Positions 1-21,371 of a stretch of 64,000 bases of DNA are shown piece by piece. The DNA is from the human T2T-CHM13v2.0 reference genome, Homo sapiens. The DNA lies in the NCBI RefSeq assembly GCF_009914755.1, contig NC_060940.1; one strand, written 5' to 3'. Within the stretch, counting starts at the first letter, position 1. Each line of letters opens with the position of its first letter. The position numbers were made by a program, and so were the translations under genes. The notes below the pieces were generated by a model, which worked only from the letters and a program-made list of their open reading frames with translations, ran no database searches and was not told the origin of the DNA.

Positions 1-172
1 TCCACCCTCCTTGGCCTCCCAAAGTGCTGGAATTACAGATGTGAGCCACCACGCGCCTGGCCTGAGTTTGCTTTCTAAAACCATTCCATTGCTGGGTTTC
101 TGTGGCACCATTTCACCAGCGAAGTTCTTTTTGTTTGTCTTTTAATTCATTATTTGTTAAGAATTTTGTTTA

Positions 173-835
<663 letters not shown>

Positions 836-934
836 AAAAACATTATGAAACAAAATGGAGTAAAATGACTTTTTACCCTATCTGCCCTGGGCCAAGTTCC
901 ATTCCAAATAACCACTATTTTAAATCTCTTCCAG

Positions 935-937
<3 letters not shown>

Positions 938-976
<39 letters not shown>
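938..976. repeat. (TG)n microsatellite
   Basis: Directly visible. Confidence 0.95.
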
Positions 977-977
<1 letters not shown>

Positions 978-1546
978 AAATAAAAATATATATTTTTCCT
1001 TTGTTTTACACAAATGGTACTGTATTCTACTTGATGTACTTACTGTACACTACAAGATGTTTAGCATCTTGCTTTACTTAATGGTATATTTTAGAGAACT
1101 TTCCAAATACGTATAGAATTTCCTCATTCTGTTTACGCCTGAGTGGTATTGCTTGCATGGATTTGCCATAATTTATGTAATTTATATAGGTAGGCTTTTA
1201 GGTTGTCTGAAGCTTTGCTCTTTGGAACAGTGCTGTAACAAATAACCTGTACATCTCATTTTGTTTGTGTTTGAGTGTGTCCCTAGAATAAGTTCTTAGA
1301 TTTGGGATTGCTGGGTCAAAAGATATGTGCATTTGTAATTTTGATGTCTTTTACCAAATTGCTCTCCATCAAGATTGTCCCAGTTTATACAACCACTCAC
1401 AATGTTTGAGTCACTTGAATGCTTTGCTTTTATTAGGTTATATCCCAGTTGTCAGCAGAGGCATTTTCAACTCACCTACATGGGATTTAGTTTAGACATT
1501 ACATGGAAAGGGCCTTCAACTTTTTTTTTTTTTGGTCTAAAAATAG

Positions 1547-1747
<201 letters not shown>

Positions 1748-2204
1748 TAGTGGGCGATGGAGCGTTGATTTCTTGAGCTCTGAAGTGGAAGGAGTCTGCT
1801 ACAGCTCCGCTGCTTTTCTTCCTCCTCAGCTGAGGGCAGTTTGTCAGTTTTGTGCTCATCAGCATTTGGATAAAGTCAAAGTCACAATCCACTAATTCAA
1901 CTATTTATTAAAAGCTTAGTATTTGTCAGGTAGCATTCAAGCGCTGAGGATACAGTTGTGAACAAAAAGGACAAAAATCGTGTGTTTATTCTCTTCAGTT
2001 AGGGGAGTCAGACTGTGAACAATAAGAGGTGTGGAAGGCCAGATGCAGTGCAGGCTGTGGAGAATAATAAGCTGGGATGGGGATGGATGCTGCCCAGAGT
2101 GATCTTAAATCGGGTGATCAGGAAGGCCTCATGGATTGGATGGTGTTTCCAGCAGAGATCCAAGGGAGGGAAAGAGTGAGTTGTGCGGGTGGCGGGTGGC
2201 GTCA

Positions 2205-2520
<316 letters not shown>

Positions 2521-3074
2521 AATGTGTTTTGTGTGTTTGAGGAAAAGCAAGGAGGCCGTGTGATGAGGGTTGGGATTGACAGACCCTCTGGCGCCTGGGA
2601 AGCCCCTGGAAAGCCTTTGTCTTTGCCTCTAAGGTGGGAATCGTTGGGATCCAAGCGGAACCTTCTGTGCTTATTTCCCGTCCAAAGGGTTGCTCTGGCT
2701 GCTGAGCCGCCATCAGACCGAAGCAGGCGGCAGGGCTGGAAGCAGCGAGCCTGTTTGGAGAGTGAGGGGTGACCGTGGCTTTGAGCAGAGTGCTGGTGGG
2801 ACAGGTGCCGTCAGGTGTCAGGGAGCGACCACAGCAGCAAGCCAGAAATAAAGGTTAAGCCGTTACTCTGAGGCCCAAGGCCTCAGAGCAGGAGACCTAG
2901 GAATGAAGGCCCCGGGGCTGGGAGTGCACCTAAGAGTGTGGCCACGCAGGGTACGTGAAACCACAGTGCACTGGCTGAGCTCCAAGTCTGCTGCAGGGAA
3001 GAAAGCTTCCCCTGTGAGGCCTGCTAGGTGAGGCCTTGTCATGGTCTATAGTTGGGCTTGAAAAGCCACACACA

Positions 3075-3690
<616 letters not shown>

Positions 3691-3874
3691 CCTCACATGT
3701 GGGTTTTTAACCAGGAGCGACACTCGTCAGCAAGAGAAGTGTCTAGAGATTGGGGCATATTTTGATGGTAGATCTCACGGGATGAGGCATGGGTTGAGAG
3801 TAAGTCAGGTGCTACAGGCCGGGTCTTGGGGCAGCCGTGCGGCAGAGCTTGCAGAGCTCATGGGTGTGTTCCGC

Positions 3875-4028
3875 CTCTGTGCTGTACTCTACGGGAACCA
3901 CTGGCCACATGTGGCAAGCACAACTGAGGAACTGAGTTGAGTTCTGCATTTTCTTTAATTCTTAAGTAATTTAAGTGAAAATGGCCACATGTGGCTATTG
4001 GTTACTATATTAGACATCACTGCTCTGA
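3875..4028. mobile_element. MER3/MER33-like hAT-Charlie fragment
   Basis: Repeated ggccacatgtggc and tactatattagaca motifs. Confidence 0.55.
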
Positions 4029-5162
4029 AGTTTTTTGTGTGAGCCCCTGGAAGGATGAAGTTGCCATGTACTGAAGCAGAGAAGGTTCTGCACATGCTCC
4101 ATTTGCCACGCCGATTGGCTGTCCAGGTGGAGATGGTGCACAGGTAGCTGGTATGTGAAACTAGAGCCCAGGGAAAGCCCAGGCTGGAGCTGGGAGCTGG
4201 GGAGCAATCAGCACACAGATGGTATTAAAGCCTTGAGGGTAGGAGCAGAGCCAGCAGAAAAGACGGGGGGTCCAGGAATGAAACTCTGACTCGCTCCACT
4301 TTTGAGAAGCAGAGAAGGTGACAGACTCCTGCAAAGAAGTTTGGGGATGTGCTGCTCGGAAGGGAAGAAAAGCAGCTAGAGCCAGAGCAGGCTGGATCCT
4401 GGAGGACTAAGGAAGAGGGAAGCAAGCTATCAAAGCCATCAGCTGCAAATGAAGAGGGAGAGTTGTTGCTAGTGGGTTGAAAATGAGAGCCAGAAGGTGA
4501 GGATTGGTTGTCCAGGAGAGAGGGAGAGTGAGCAGAGCAGGGAGACGTTTATGTTTGGGCTCCTTAGAAGAGTTAGCATATTCTAGGAAGAAGGGGTGAC
4601 ACACACATCCTAAGAAAGAAGCCTGTGCACAGGGCTCAGTGCTAAATCCTCATTGTGGTTGTCATCACCTTCCTGGCAACAGCTGCCCATCTGTGGAGCC
4701 CAGAACCATTGTAAGTCCTTAGTGGGTGCCACCCGATTTGCGCCTCTCCAAGCCTGTGGAGGAAAGTCTGAGGCAGAGAAGGAGGGCAGGGGAGGACGAA
4801 ACACAGGACGTCAGGCTGCTGCAAGAGGATGTGTGTCCCTCAGGCTGTCCCTTTGTGTGGCCGCTCTGCTGCCGTCAGGCACCCTACTGTGACAAAGTCC
4901 AAGTAGGAAGCACGTCAGCTTTCTCCCAGCTATGCCCTCCTGGTTGTGGCTTCAGTTTGAGGTGACATTAGGTTTTTTGGAGAGACCCAGGCGTCCTGGA
5001 ATTGGTCTCTTTAGTACTTAGATGATCATTTCCTGAGCGTGTGTCCCGCAGCCTGTGAGCATGTAACTGGGGAAGCACATGTTTGTGGTCACGTGTCCCA
5101 ACCAAAGGTAGGAGCTGACATGAACAGGCTAGTGGTTGAATGCATGTTAAAAATCTGTGGCT

Positions 5163-5758
<596 letters not shown>

Positions 5759-5883
5759 TAACCATGCAGATTTTCTCTTCAAGGTTTTCTTTTTCAATTC
5801 TGTTTCTCCCTTTTCAGTTCTGATTTAATGAAATACACCTGGTTGAATGAGCTAATGTGTGGAAAGGTGATAGAGGATATTAG

Positions 5884-6236
<353 letters not shown>

Positions 6237-6671
6237 CACTGGTCTACCTTTAACTTCTTGTTTAGGAGTGGCAGCTCCATGGCATGTGACTGAGCTGTCC
6301 TTGTTGTGCCCACTGGCAGACTTTATTGATCATGATGTTTTTTTCTGGTGTACTCTGCTTCAGCATTTTCTCAAAAATGATCTTCTGAGCTTGCAGTTCC
6401 TCGACCTTGCTGCCCAGTGCAAACACCTGGGGACCTCTAAAGACTTCTGAAGCCTGGCTTTCACTCTGGGGTCCTTGTTATGGAATGTGACCTGGGCATT
6501 GGGAGTTTTCAGATTCTCCCGGGTGATTCTAACAGCAGTTTGGGACCAGCAATCTTGGCATCACTTCCAGTCAGCTGAAGTTGATGTTGCAGTGGAGACT
6601 GATTTGATTTGCAATCCTTATTCCAGCCAATGCCAGCCAAGAAGTATGTGCCATCACCTACATTTAAGTAG

Positions 6672-7008
<337 letters not shown>

Positions 7009-7804
7009 TAGAGTGGAGTAGTGTTTAATCCTTACCTGTAAAGATTTATGGCATTTGAAGCATATGTGCTCAATCTAATGCTTTAAAACTAAATGAATTT
7101 CTTTCATTCACTTCCTAGCAAGAGTGCCAGCCATGGCTTCTCTCTCTCACTGCCTTGCCTGTGTTCTGGCATACCCTGGGAGCAAACTGGAAGTGGAAGT
7201 CTGGGGAAGAGGGACTTAGGTGCTAGATTGCTATGTCTGCTCATCATATATTGACCCGGCAGTTGCCACCTGATGAAGTGTGGTTGGCAGAATGAAACTG
7301 CCACTGACATCTGCTAGCTAATTCAGATGATGAGTAAGGTACCTCCAGGCTTTCCCCTGTTCTGTTTGTAGTGCAGTGGTGTACATATGTCTGTACATGT
7401 CCCTAAGAGACTCAGAGACAGGAGCTGGCCACTTGCTGATTGCCACTAGAGCTGTGGCATCATTGTGAGACTTCATTTCCATCCCACGGGGTCTCTTTCA
7501 ACACCATCCTGTAAAGAATGATGAAGTAACCAGTGGCTGAAACTGTTCCCAAGGAAACCATGAGACCCTGAATGTAGTACTTGTCAAATTCTGTGTGTAG
7601 TCATGATCCGAGGAAGAGCGCCTATCCAGTGTTTGTTTTTCTTTCATTCAGTAAACATTTACTGAGGTGCAGCCTCAGCCACAGGCAAGGCACTGAGCTC
7701 TGCCTCCTTGACTAAGTCCTCACCCTGCCCTCAGCCATTCCCACCAGGTGCACCGTGGATGAAAGGAAGCACAAGACGAGTTTTGACACAGTGCTTCAGG
7801 AACC

Positions 7805-8110
7805 TTGTCTTACTTTGTTCAGGCTGCCGTCCCAAAACACAATAAGCTGAGTGACTTATAAATAACAGATTTGTTTCTCACAGTTCTGGAGATTGGGAAG
7901 TTCTAGATGAAAGCACTAGCAGCTTCAGTGTCTGGCGAGGGCTTGTTCCCCACAGATGGTGCCTTGTTGCTGAGTCCTCACATGGCAGCAGGGGTGAGGG
8001 ATCTCCCCAGGGTTTCTCTTAGGAGCTAATCACCTCCTAACATCATCACATTGTGGTTTCGAGTTTCAACATAGGAATTTTGGGGTCACACAAACATTGT
8101 CTATAGTAAA
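7805..8110 (-). mobile_element. MaLR LTR (MLT1A-like)
   Basis: tttctcacagttctggag...gggaag, ctcacatggcag, tttcaacataggaattttgggg motifs. Confidence 0.7.
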
Positions 8111-8766
8111 CCTCATAACTATATCCACATTACAATCCCATGTCTCAGAAGTTTTCAGCACTGATATGATAGTCACAGATGTCTCCCTTGATAGGTTAAT
8201 GGTTCATGCTAGGGGCAGGGCCATGGTCACTGTTCTTATCGGTTGCGTTTGTTAGTGATAGGCAACTGAGAGGGACTTCATGCTAAGAAAGATGCTTAGT
8301 TTGGGAGTCACCTGGACAGAATGCAGGTAAAGAAGCAAATTGGGGCTGGGCATAGTGACTCATGCCTGTGATCCTAGCACTGTGGGAGACCAAGGAACGT
8401 GGATCACTTGAGCCTAGGAGTTTGAGCAACATAGTGAGACCCTATCTCTATTTAAAAAAAAAAAAAAGAAGCAGCAGCAAATTTGGGAGAAAAGATAATG
8501 GATGCTAAGTTCAGTTTTGCTCATAGAGTTGGGGTCACCTAGGCCTCTGGCTGAAAAGGAGGACCTTGAGCTCTGGAGAGAGCTGGGTAGGCACTCAGAT
8601 AATGGAAGACATTATAGGAGGTGATGGTGGCAGTGTTTTTGCATCAGAGATCCACATGGCAATAAACTTCGGAGAATCAGTCTATAAGGCACATCTAGAT
8701 CTAGGAATACTGGTTTTGAGAACTCCTTTTCTGAAAATATACGTAAATGATTTTACTGTTTCCTAG

Positions 8767-8856
<90 letters not shown>

Positions 8857-9289
8857 TGACTTTGCTTTTATATAATGTTTTTTATGCCTGGGATTCAAAA
8901 ATACTGATTTCTTGCCCATACAAGACAGAACAAGCTAGGCTTAGTAACAAGGGATGTGTTAGTGGGGAAATGAAAAACTCAAGAGGACATTCGAGCTTAC
9001 CTAGGTCACTTACTATCATTTTTTTCCCCTCGTTATAAATAAAAACAGCTTCTCATGTTATTAAAAATTGATCAGTTTCAGTAATTTGATAATTATCAGT
9101 TATTCAATAATTTTAATAAATAATGCTCTATTTTATTTTGTTTAACCAATTCCTCACTGCTTAGTATTTAAATGATTTCAGGGTTTTCTAAATTCCAGAC
9201 AGCACTGTAATAAGTAGAAGGATCACTATTGTTTACTGCTCGCTCACATCAGTTATCCTCTCATCTAAAGCAGTCAGTTGGAAGGCAGA

Positions 9290-9470
9290 TCATGAGGGTG
9301 ACTCTAGACTCAGATTGCTTGGGTTTGAATTCCACTGTGTGATATTAGGCAAGTTACTTACCCTCTCTGTGCCTCATTTTCCTCATCTGTAAAATGGCAA
9401 GAACTGCATTCCCAACTGTGTGGGGTCCTTATAAACATGAATCACGACAGGGCATATCAAGCCTCGTCTC
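9290..9470 (-). mobile_element. MIR
   Basis: ggcaagttacttaccctctctgtgcctcattttcctcatctgtaaaatgg. Confidence 0.85.
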
Positions 9471-10377
9471 TGATGCACAATTGATAATCAGTCATCACTG
9501 GTGATTTATTTTACTCAGTAGACACGGATGAGGGCCCCTGTGTACATTCAGAGTAGGCATAAAACAAGAATTTGCTATGAGTTGTACAAAATTCTAAAAA
9601 TCATAGGTTTTTAAAAATATGTAATTCTTTTGTCATTAAACAGTAATACCTGCTGGGCAGCCCAGCCTAGGGAGTCAGAGCCTCACAGCGGGAGAAGGGC
9701 ACCACAGCCCTGGTGGGAGATTGGTGACAGATAGGCAGATGGGTCAGATAAGTAAAAATATGGCAAGGATAATGGAGCCACGTTCCTCACTGTTGGAGAA
9801 AAAAGTCACAAAAATGTCACAAAAATGGAAAGAGAGAAAATTAGGGTGAACTTGAAATTGGAGGTGTTGGTTAAACGCATAGTTTTCAATATATAGATAG
9901 GTATAGGAATAAATTTTGATATACATGTATGCACATTTAAGGAATTACGTATATATGTATATAAATGTTTTATTTATATACATACACGTAGAGACACCCA
10001 CACTCATACATTTCTTAGCTCTGAGCACACGTAGCACCTGGCTTAATGCCATTCTCCACTAAAAGGAACCAGGACTCTTAGGGGAAAATGGCTAATTCCA
10101 GAGTTGGGCAGGAGAAGTACGAGAAAGTAAGGAAGAGTTCAAAGGAGGAAAGGGAACTATTGGAAGCATGCAGAAGCCAACTTAAGTGGGCTTCTCCTGG
10201 CCAAAGTAAGGACAACTTAAGCATCAAAATAAATAAGTTAGAATAATTAATTTTATGGTATAATAGAATGAAATAGGAAACCATGAGTTTTCACTGGCAT
10301 AAAAAAATAAATGAATATTGGAGGCTGAGGAGGAGCAGGTCATTCACACAGATTCGAAGTAACTTTCCACAAAGTAC

Positions 10378-10870
<493 letters not shown>

Positions 10871-13161
10871 CGCAGAGTACTTATTAATTACAGAGGGGAA
10901 AAGAGTCACTTCTCAGGGAGAAGCCTGCCAGTCACCCCCTTAATCAAGAGATCAAAGTGAACATCATCGTTACAGAACAAATCAAAATCATGCACGCCTG
11001 GTAGGATGCAGTCACTTCTGAGTATTCCTGCCAACGATGCATATCTGACTCTAATGAGACAAAGCCGGATTGAGGGGCATTCTACAGATTAACCAGCCTG
11101 TATGCTCCCAGAGTGAAAAGGTTCTGAAAGTCAAGGAAAGCTGAGGGGGCATTTCAGACTGAGGGAGGCTGTGGAGATGTGATAACTGGACACATAGGCA
11201 GCTCCTATCTGCTGTTGGGGACTTCACTGGGACAAGTGGGGACAGTGGAGTGGGGCTGGAGTTAGACGGTGGTAGTGTGTTAGTGCTGGCTTCCTGTTTT
11301 GATGATTGTATTGTGGGGATGTAGGAGAAAGTCCTTATTTGTAGGAAATACACGCTAAAGTATTCAGGGTATTGGAACGTCTGGTCAGCAACTTACTGTC
11401 ACCTAGGTTGGGAAAAACGCTTTGTGTTGTACAACAGGTTTTCCGTAAATTTTTGATTGTTTCTAAATTTAAAAATTAAAAAAAAATTATTATACCTCTT
11501 ATCCTTGCCAGTGTTCTAACTGAATCAGGTGAACACGGCATGAATGTGCCCTTAGCACTAATATGTTAAAAGTAGAACACCCAAGAGAGGACAGGGTTCA
11601 TTTCTTGGTAGACATCTCTTAAGACTCCTTTCATTGTTAGAAAATATCTGTGATGTTTGATCATTCTAAAAACAACCAAAACAACATGGGTACTTAAAAG
11701 GGTTTGGGGAGTACAGGCCATTTATTTCAGAAACCAGGGAAAATTGCTTGTGTTTACACAGCTGTTTTGCATTGTGGATCTTTCTTGTTTGAGGAACAGA
11801 TATGTTTAAGGTGGGATAAATTTACTAGGTTTTAATCTGACTTTGGTTCGAGGAAACAGTTGCCATTAACTGAAGTTGTTTAGAAAGGAGACCCACCTTT
11901 CTTCCTGTGAGGGTGAACTCGCATTTCTCCTGGGGGCTCTAAGGCACTTGCAGCAAATCGATGATAAGGGTCTGATTATTTTCATGAAAGTATCTTAGAA
12001 GTGGCTAGTGTACTTAGACCAAAAAAATTAGACCATAAACGCATTGTCAGTAACAGTGGCTGGTTCCAAAACACACCATGCCTGAGAGTTGTGGAGAGTG
12101 TCTGGGCTTCGTAGGCCATTTCTCTGTGGAGCCCATAGCTTTTCAGAGACTTGCAGGAAAACAGAGTAACCCCTTCGTGGGATGCTACACATAGGCAAAG
12201 AGCTGGAGGGGAAGCCCCACCTTGGCCACCAGGAACTTAATGCAGGGCTGGAAAGCCAGAACCCTGGGGGGCAGTTCCACGCTCAGCTGGGTGGCAGTCC
12301 AGATTCCTCATAAAGAGATTGGAGCCTGAACCCCAGGCATGTGATCCAGCCAGCCACCGGACAAGACGCATGTGAAGACGGCGCACTACCAGTGACTCTA
12401 CCTGCTTCAAATGAACCTTCTCTTAGGATAGGGAGACTTGTGTCACCGTCAGTGGGCCCGTGTCCCCCTTCCCTTCTTTACTCAGCCTCTGTTGCCCAAG
12501 GGCCTCTGTCCAACTGTTGCCCTGGACCCCTTCCAGAGCTGGTGCACACCAGTGTGGCCATTGCCACTGTGGGAACTGCTTTCGTACTGTCTTCAGAGTG
12601 GTTTCTCCTCGTTTTTAGTCTGTAGTCAAGCTTCTGTTGCCAGGGAGAGGGAAGAGGACCTTCTCTCAATCCCAGCAGGCAGTGGGTTAGGGCTGGGACC
12701 AGCTGTTTCTTTCTCTCCCCTCCTAGTAGAGCAGTACTTGGTGTGTGTGGGTATTCTGTAAGTCGGGTGTTTGTAACTAGGGGCATGGCCCGAATGATAA
12801 AAAGGCAGACTGACCGTCCAGAGTGATGTGCACCTTGTTCTAACCGAGTGAGCCAGAGAAAAGACTGCAGGCCTCTCCACCTTGACCAGGACACTCTTCT
12901 TTGCATCTTCACTTCTTTCCCTGGGTAGAAATGCCTGCTTTTCATGGGGAAAAAAAAAGAGATACCTTTTTCTGGACCTGTGTGACATTCTCCCTGGAAC
13001 TAGTGGGTTAAGTGAGTCATTGCTTGGGGAAGTGTCTATTTGTTTGCTTTTGTGTTTGTTGAGCATAATGTTGCTATGCCTGAAGAGTTGCAAAATTCTT
13101 CTAAGAATTAGGATGGCTGTTTTTATTGCCACCTTGTCTCATTATTTCCCATTAAATATAG

Positions 13162-13296
<135 letters not shown>

Positions 13297-13350
13297 TAGA
13301 TATGAACACTTGGAGAATGAGTAGAAAGATGTCCTGGAAAGTTCAAACAA

Positions 13351-13662
<312 letters not shown>

Positions 13663-14641
13663 AGTTAGAACAAAGACTTAAGAGAATAGAATGTGATCTT
13701 AACTCTTCTCAAGCAATGAAAAAAAGCCTTACATAAGGGTATCTTCACCTCAAATGTACATGTGTTGCCTGTCATAACAAGCAGATGGCTAAACTCATTC
13801 TCTTTACTGCTTGCGGTATGTCTGGAAAACTGCTTAAAGCTTGAACTGCCCTTTAAGCTTTTATAGCTTCTTGGAACTCAAGGCAGAGTAAGTGAATCCA
13901 GACGGGGAAATCCAGACGTGGTCTCCTAAGATCTTGCCATAAATTAGGTAGAAACAGAAACATACTCCTGCCTGTTTGTTGGCATAGATTTTAGACTTTA
14001 TTTAAACCTTGATCATTCCTCACCAGTCAGTAATTCATCTTTCTTCCTACGTTACCTCATTGGAAATATATTTCCCAGGAATACCGATGGAGAATAGTGG
14101 TGCCGGCTCTCTCTCTCTTCTCTTCCTCGTTCTGTGCCTCTTTCCCTCCCCCATGCTTCTGCTCTTTCTCCCTTTTCATTCACCCTTTATTTTTCTTTCT
14201 TCTTGGCTCCCTCCTCTTCCCAGCTGCCTACTCTGCTCGGATGTTTTGCCTTTTTGGATGTTGGTGGCTGGCTACACCCTGCCCACTGTCCCGAGGTCTG
14301 TGGGGAGGCAGCACCTGGAGGCAGCGACAGCAACCACAGGGAGCGCCCTGGCTCCTCCCTGCCCAGCGCAAGGCCAAGGCCCTTCCCCTCCTGAAACTGG
14401 CTCTTTACCTCTGGAGCCTCAGAGAGGGAAAAAAAAAAAAACAGAAGTCATTGCCGCCATATAGATTGATCTCCTTGACACATTCCACTTTTAAAGCATC
14501 AATTCATTTTTGTTAAGCTCCAAATCATTTTAACAGAAAAGTCTCTTTGTTTTGCTCTAGTTCAAAAGATTATAATTATTTCTGAGTTTATCTGCTTATA
14601 TTTTTAAAAGAGTAGAATTTTCCCTTTAAGGTCAATAATAA

Positions 14642-15975
<1,334 letters not shown>

Positions 15976-16345
15976 GATCATTTTTAACTCTATTGAGATT
16001 ACGGTATATTGAAATGAAATAAAGATTATAAAATTTCTTGGTATATTTAATTTTTTTTTTAAATGCATTCCTATCTATATTTATGCATAGAAAAGTCTGG
16101 AAGGATGTATGTCAACTATCAAGCGCTTATACCTGGTGATGGGATTATCAGTAATTTTTACGTCATTCTTCATACTTTCAGGATTATTTCAAGTTTTTAC
16201 AAAGAGCACATCTTATTTATGATGAAAAAGAAGTATGTTCATTTTGGGGGGAGAAAGCAGAAAAGGGAAAATATTTTTAAGCATTACAAGAATGAAGGAC
16301 CTTCTCTAATTAAGGGTTTCCAGAGAAAGCCACCATGGAATCTGA

Positions 16346-16564
<219 letters not shown>

Positions 16565-16977
16565 TGAGCCTGTCCTCTGTTCAGCCATTCCTTCTGGTGT
16601 GTTATTTTGTACTGGGTGACAGGTCATTTTGTTAATATCATTGTGAAAAAAATATCAGTACATGTTTTTTCTCCCTGGTCAGTCTGAGGATTGCTCATGT
16701 AATGTGTTTGTTTTGCTGGCAGTGTACACTGGACTCCAGGGTTGTCAAATCTTTGATGTCATATTTCATCAGGTTTGGTCAGTTAAGAGAACAGACAGGG
16801 CCGACATGAGGCCTGTGTGGCTGCGTAAGACCCTGTGCCGACATGGGGCCTGTGCTTGCTTTCAGGCCCTGTTGTCACTGTCTTGAAATTCATAATAATT
16901 TTTAAGTGCATTTTATTTTCCACTGATCCCAAAAATTATGTAGCTGGTCTCGAGTGCAGATTTAAAAGCTTGCTTGG

Positions 16978-18013
<1,036 letters not shown>

Positions 18014-18599
18014 TTACAGGTTCCTCTCATCCCTGTGGGTAAGGCCATTTAGGAAAAGAGTGTTTTAGACCCGAGCATGAGTTGATAAATGTGGAATTTA
18101 GAGCAAAGGAAATTGAACCAAGTTGTGATCAGTTTTTGAATTGCCCTATCCTTAACCTGAGAATGGTCATTTAGACTCCATTTTCATGATGAAATTGGTC
18201 TGCAGTCTCCCTTTCTCATGCCCTTGACAGCTTTTGGTATTAAGGTTATGCTAGGCTTCTTACAATACTGAGCATTTGAGTTTGGCAGAGCTATTTTGTT
18301 GTCCAGGAGGGCTAACTGGGAGTACCTAACGCATCCGTGTGGACACATGTCATCTTGACGAGGAATTCATTGCTAGCATTACTCTGTGGCAGAGGCAGGC
18401 CATGGAGAAATGGTACGGGACAGGCACATTTCGAGGGCACTAGAAAGAGCTTGGAGTTTAGAACATTTTAAACATTGGGTACCTGGGAAAGAACAGTCAA
18501 GGGCAGTGAAAAGAAACGTTGGCCATTTTTTTGTATTATCTGGGGCCACCTCTGGGTTCAGAGAACAAACCAAACAGTATGCCTCAGAGTGGCAGGTAG

Positions 18600-19235
<636 letters not shown>

Positions 19236-19578
19236 TGAGCTGGAATCTGAAGGCAGGGCAGGAAAGATAAATGATAAAATCTATACTTTCTTCCTTTGAA
19301 AGCAGGAGGCCTGTCTCTGCCCTAAAATTAGATGTGTCTGTTCTGTGTCCCCAGGTCATACAGGCATGCGTGATGGGCATTTAGTTCTCCTCAGAGGCAG
19401 GGAAATGCAATCGGAGAAGCATGGGGTGGGGCAGCTGCTTCACTCTGGGCGCCCCTGTCCACCAGGCCACGAGGCAACCGCAGAGAGAAAGGGCAGTAAG
19501 TTTCAGGACCCTGGAGTTGCTCAGGCAGTGTTAATTCTCTTCCCCTTCCTTGAGTTTAGCTCTTTTTTTGTTCTGTAG

Positions 19579-19809
<231 letters not shown>

Positions 19810-20367
19810 TAGAGAGATATATATATATTTTTTAATATGTATTTTCTTCTTTTTTTCAGCAGTTTTTTTTTTACTGTAGTAAGAACACTTCACTTTACAT
19901 CTTCAATTTTGAAAAGTATAATAAATTATTGTTGACTATAGGTACAAAAATATTTTCAAAAGGCGGTTTTCTCACAACTTCTATATTGGGTACCATTGTA
20001 TTCACTCAAGAGTCTGGTTTAAATATAGCATTTAAAACACATTTCGTTCTTGTGCCAGTTAAGATAGTGTTTTCCCCTGTTTAAATGATAGTTTGAATTA
20101 TATATGATGCGTAACTATAAGAAAACATGGCCCTAGATGTGTGTAGGGTTCTGTATTTTCAGGCTGAATGATGGAAAGCAAGCACTGGGATGCAGTGCAG
20201 GGAGAGGGGCCGCTCGCTTTGTGATGGTCCCCATGCTGCTGAGATGCCCCCCATAATCCAGAATGGCTCAGCAAGACACTCAGCTGGAGAGACACAGGGT
20301 TACGTCCATGCAAAGCCTAGATTCCGGGAAGGAGCTCTCTGTGACCAGGCAGCTTCCCTTATCCTTG

Positions 20368-21371
20368 TGTGGGCGGCAAGCCGCCCAGGTGCCGAGGCAA
20401 GAGACCGAGAGCACGAGCTGTTCCAGTATAATAAAATATATAAAATAAGAATAGTTATACTAGATATAGATCATAGATATGATTATATATGAATATCATT
20501 AATCATTAGTTTATAGCAATTACTCTTTATTCCAATATCATAATAATCCTCGCTCTACAATCATAACCTAGGAAAAAACAGGCCATACAGATATAGGAGC
20601 TGAGGGGACATGGTGAGAAGTGACCAGAAGACAAGAGTGCAAACCTTCTGTTATGCCCAGACAGGGCCACCAGAGGGCTCCTTGGTCTAGTGGGAACACC
20701 AGCGTCTGGGAAGCCGCCCGTTGCCAAGTGGACCGTGGTCTAGTGGTAGCGTCAGTGTCAAGGAAAAACACCTGCTACTTAGCAGACCAGGAAAGGGAGT
20801 CTCCCTTTCCCCGGGGGAGTTTAGAGAAGACTTTACTCCTCCACCTCTTGTGGAGGGCCTGACATCAGTCAGGCCCGCCCGCAGTTATCCGGAGGCCTAA
20901 CCATCTCCCGGTGATACTGTGCTTCAGTGGTCATGCTCCTAGTCTGCCTTCATGTTCTGTCCTGTACACCTGGCTCTGCCTTTTAGATAGTAGTAGCAAA
21001 TTAGTGGAAGTACTAAAAGTCTCTGATAAGCAGAAATAATGGCGTAAGCTGTCTCTCTCTCCTCTCTGTCTCTCTGCCTCAGCTGCCAGGCAGGGAAGGG
21101 CCCCCTGTCCAGTGGATACGTGACCCATGTGACCTTACCTATCACTGAAGATGGCTCACTCTCCTTACCCTGCCCCTTTGTCTTGTATCCAATAAATATC
21201 AGCACAGCCTGGCATTCAGGGCCACTATCAGTCTCCACGTCTTCGTGGTAGTGGTCCCCCAAGCCCGGCTGTCTTTTCTTTTATCTCTTTGTCTTGTGTC
21301 TTTATTTCTACAGTCTCTCATCTCTGCACATGGGGAGAAAACCCACCGACCCTGTGGGGCTGTACCCTACA
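20368..21371 (+). mobile_element. Full-length solo LTR, LTR13 family (HERV-K HML-4 type)
   Basis: TGTGGGCGGCAAG...CCCTACA termini, ~1 kb, AATAAA at 21191, 6-bp TSD tccttg/tccctg. Confidence 0.85.

Noticed and set aside
14009-14516. 151-aa ORF with a hydrophobic, signal-like segment
   Set aside because: Hydrophobicity comes from a CT-rich tract and the start is non-ATG; the region could be regulatory but I cannot support that from sequence
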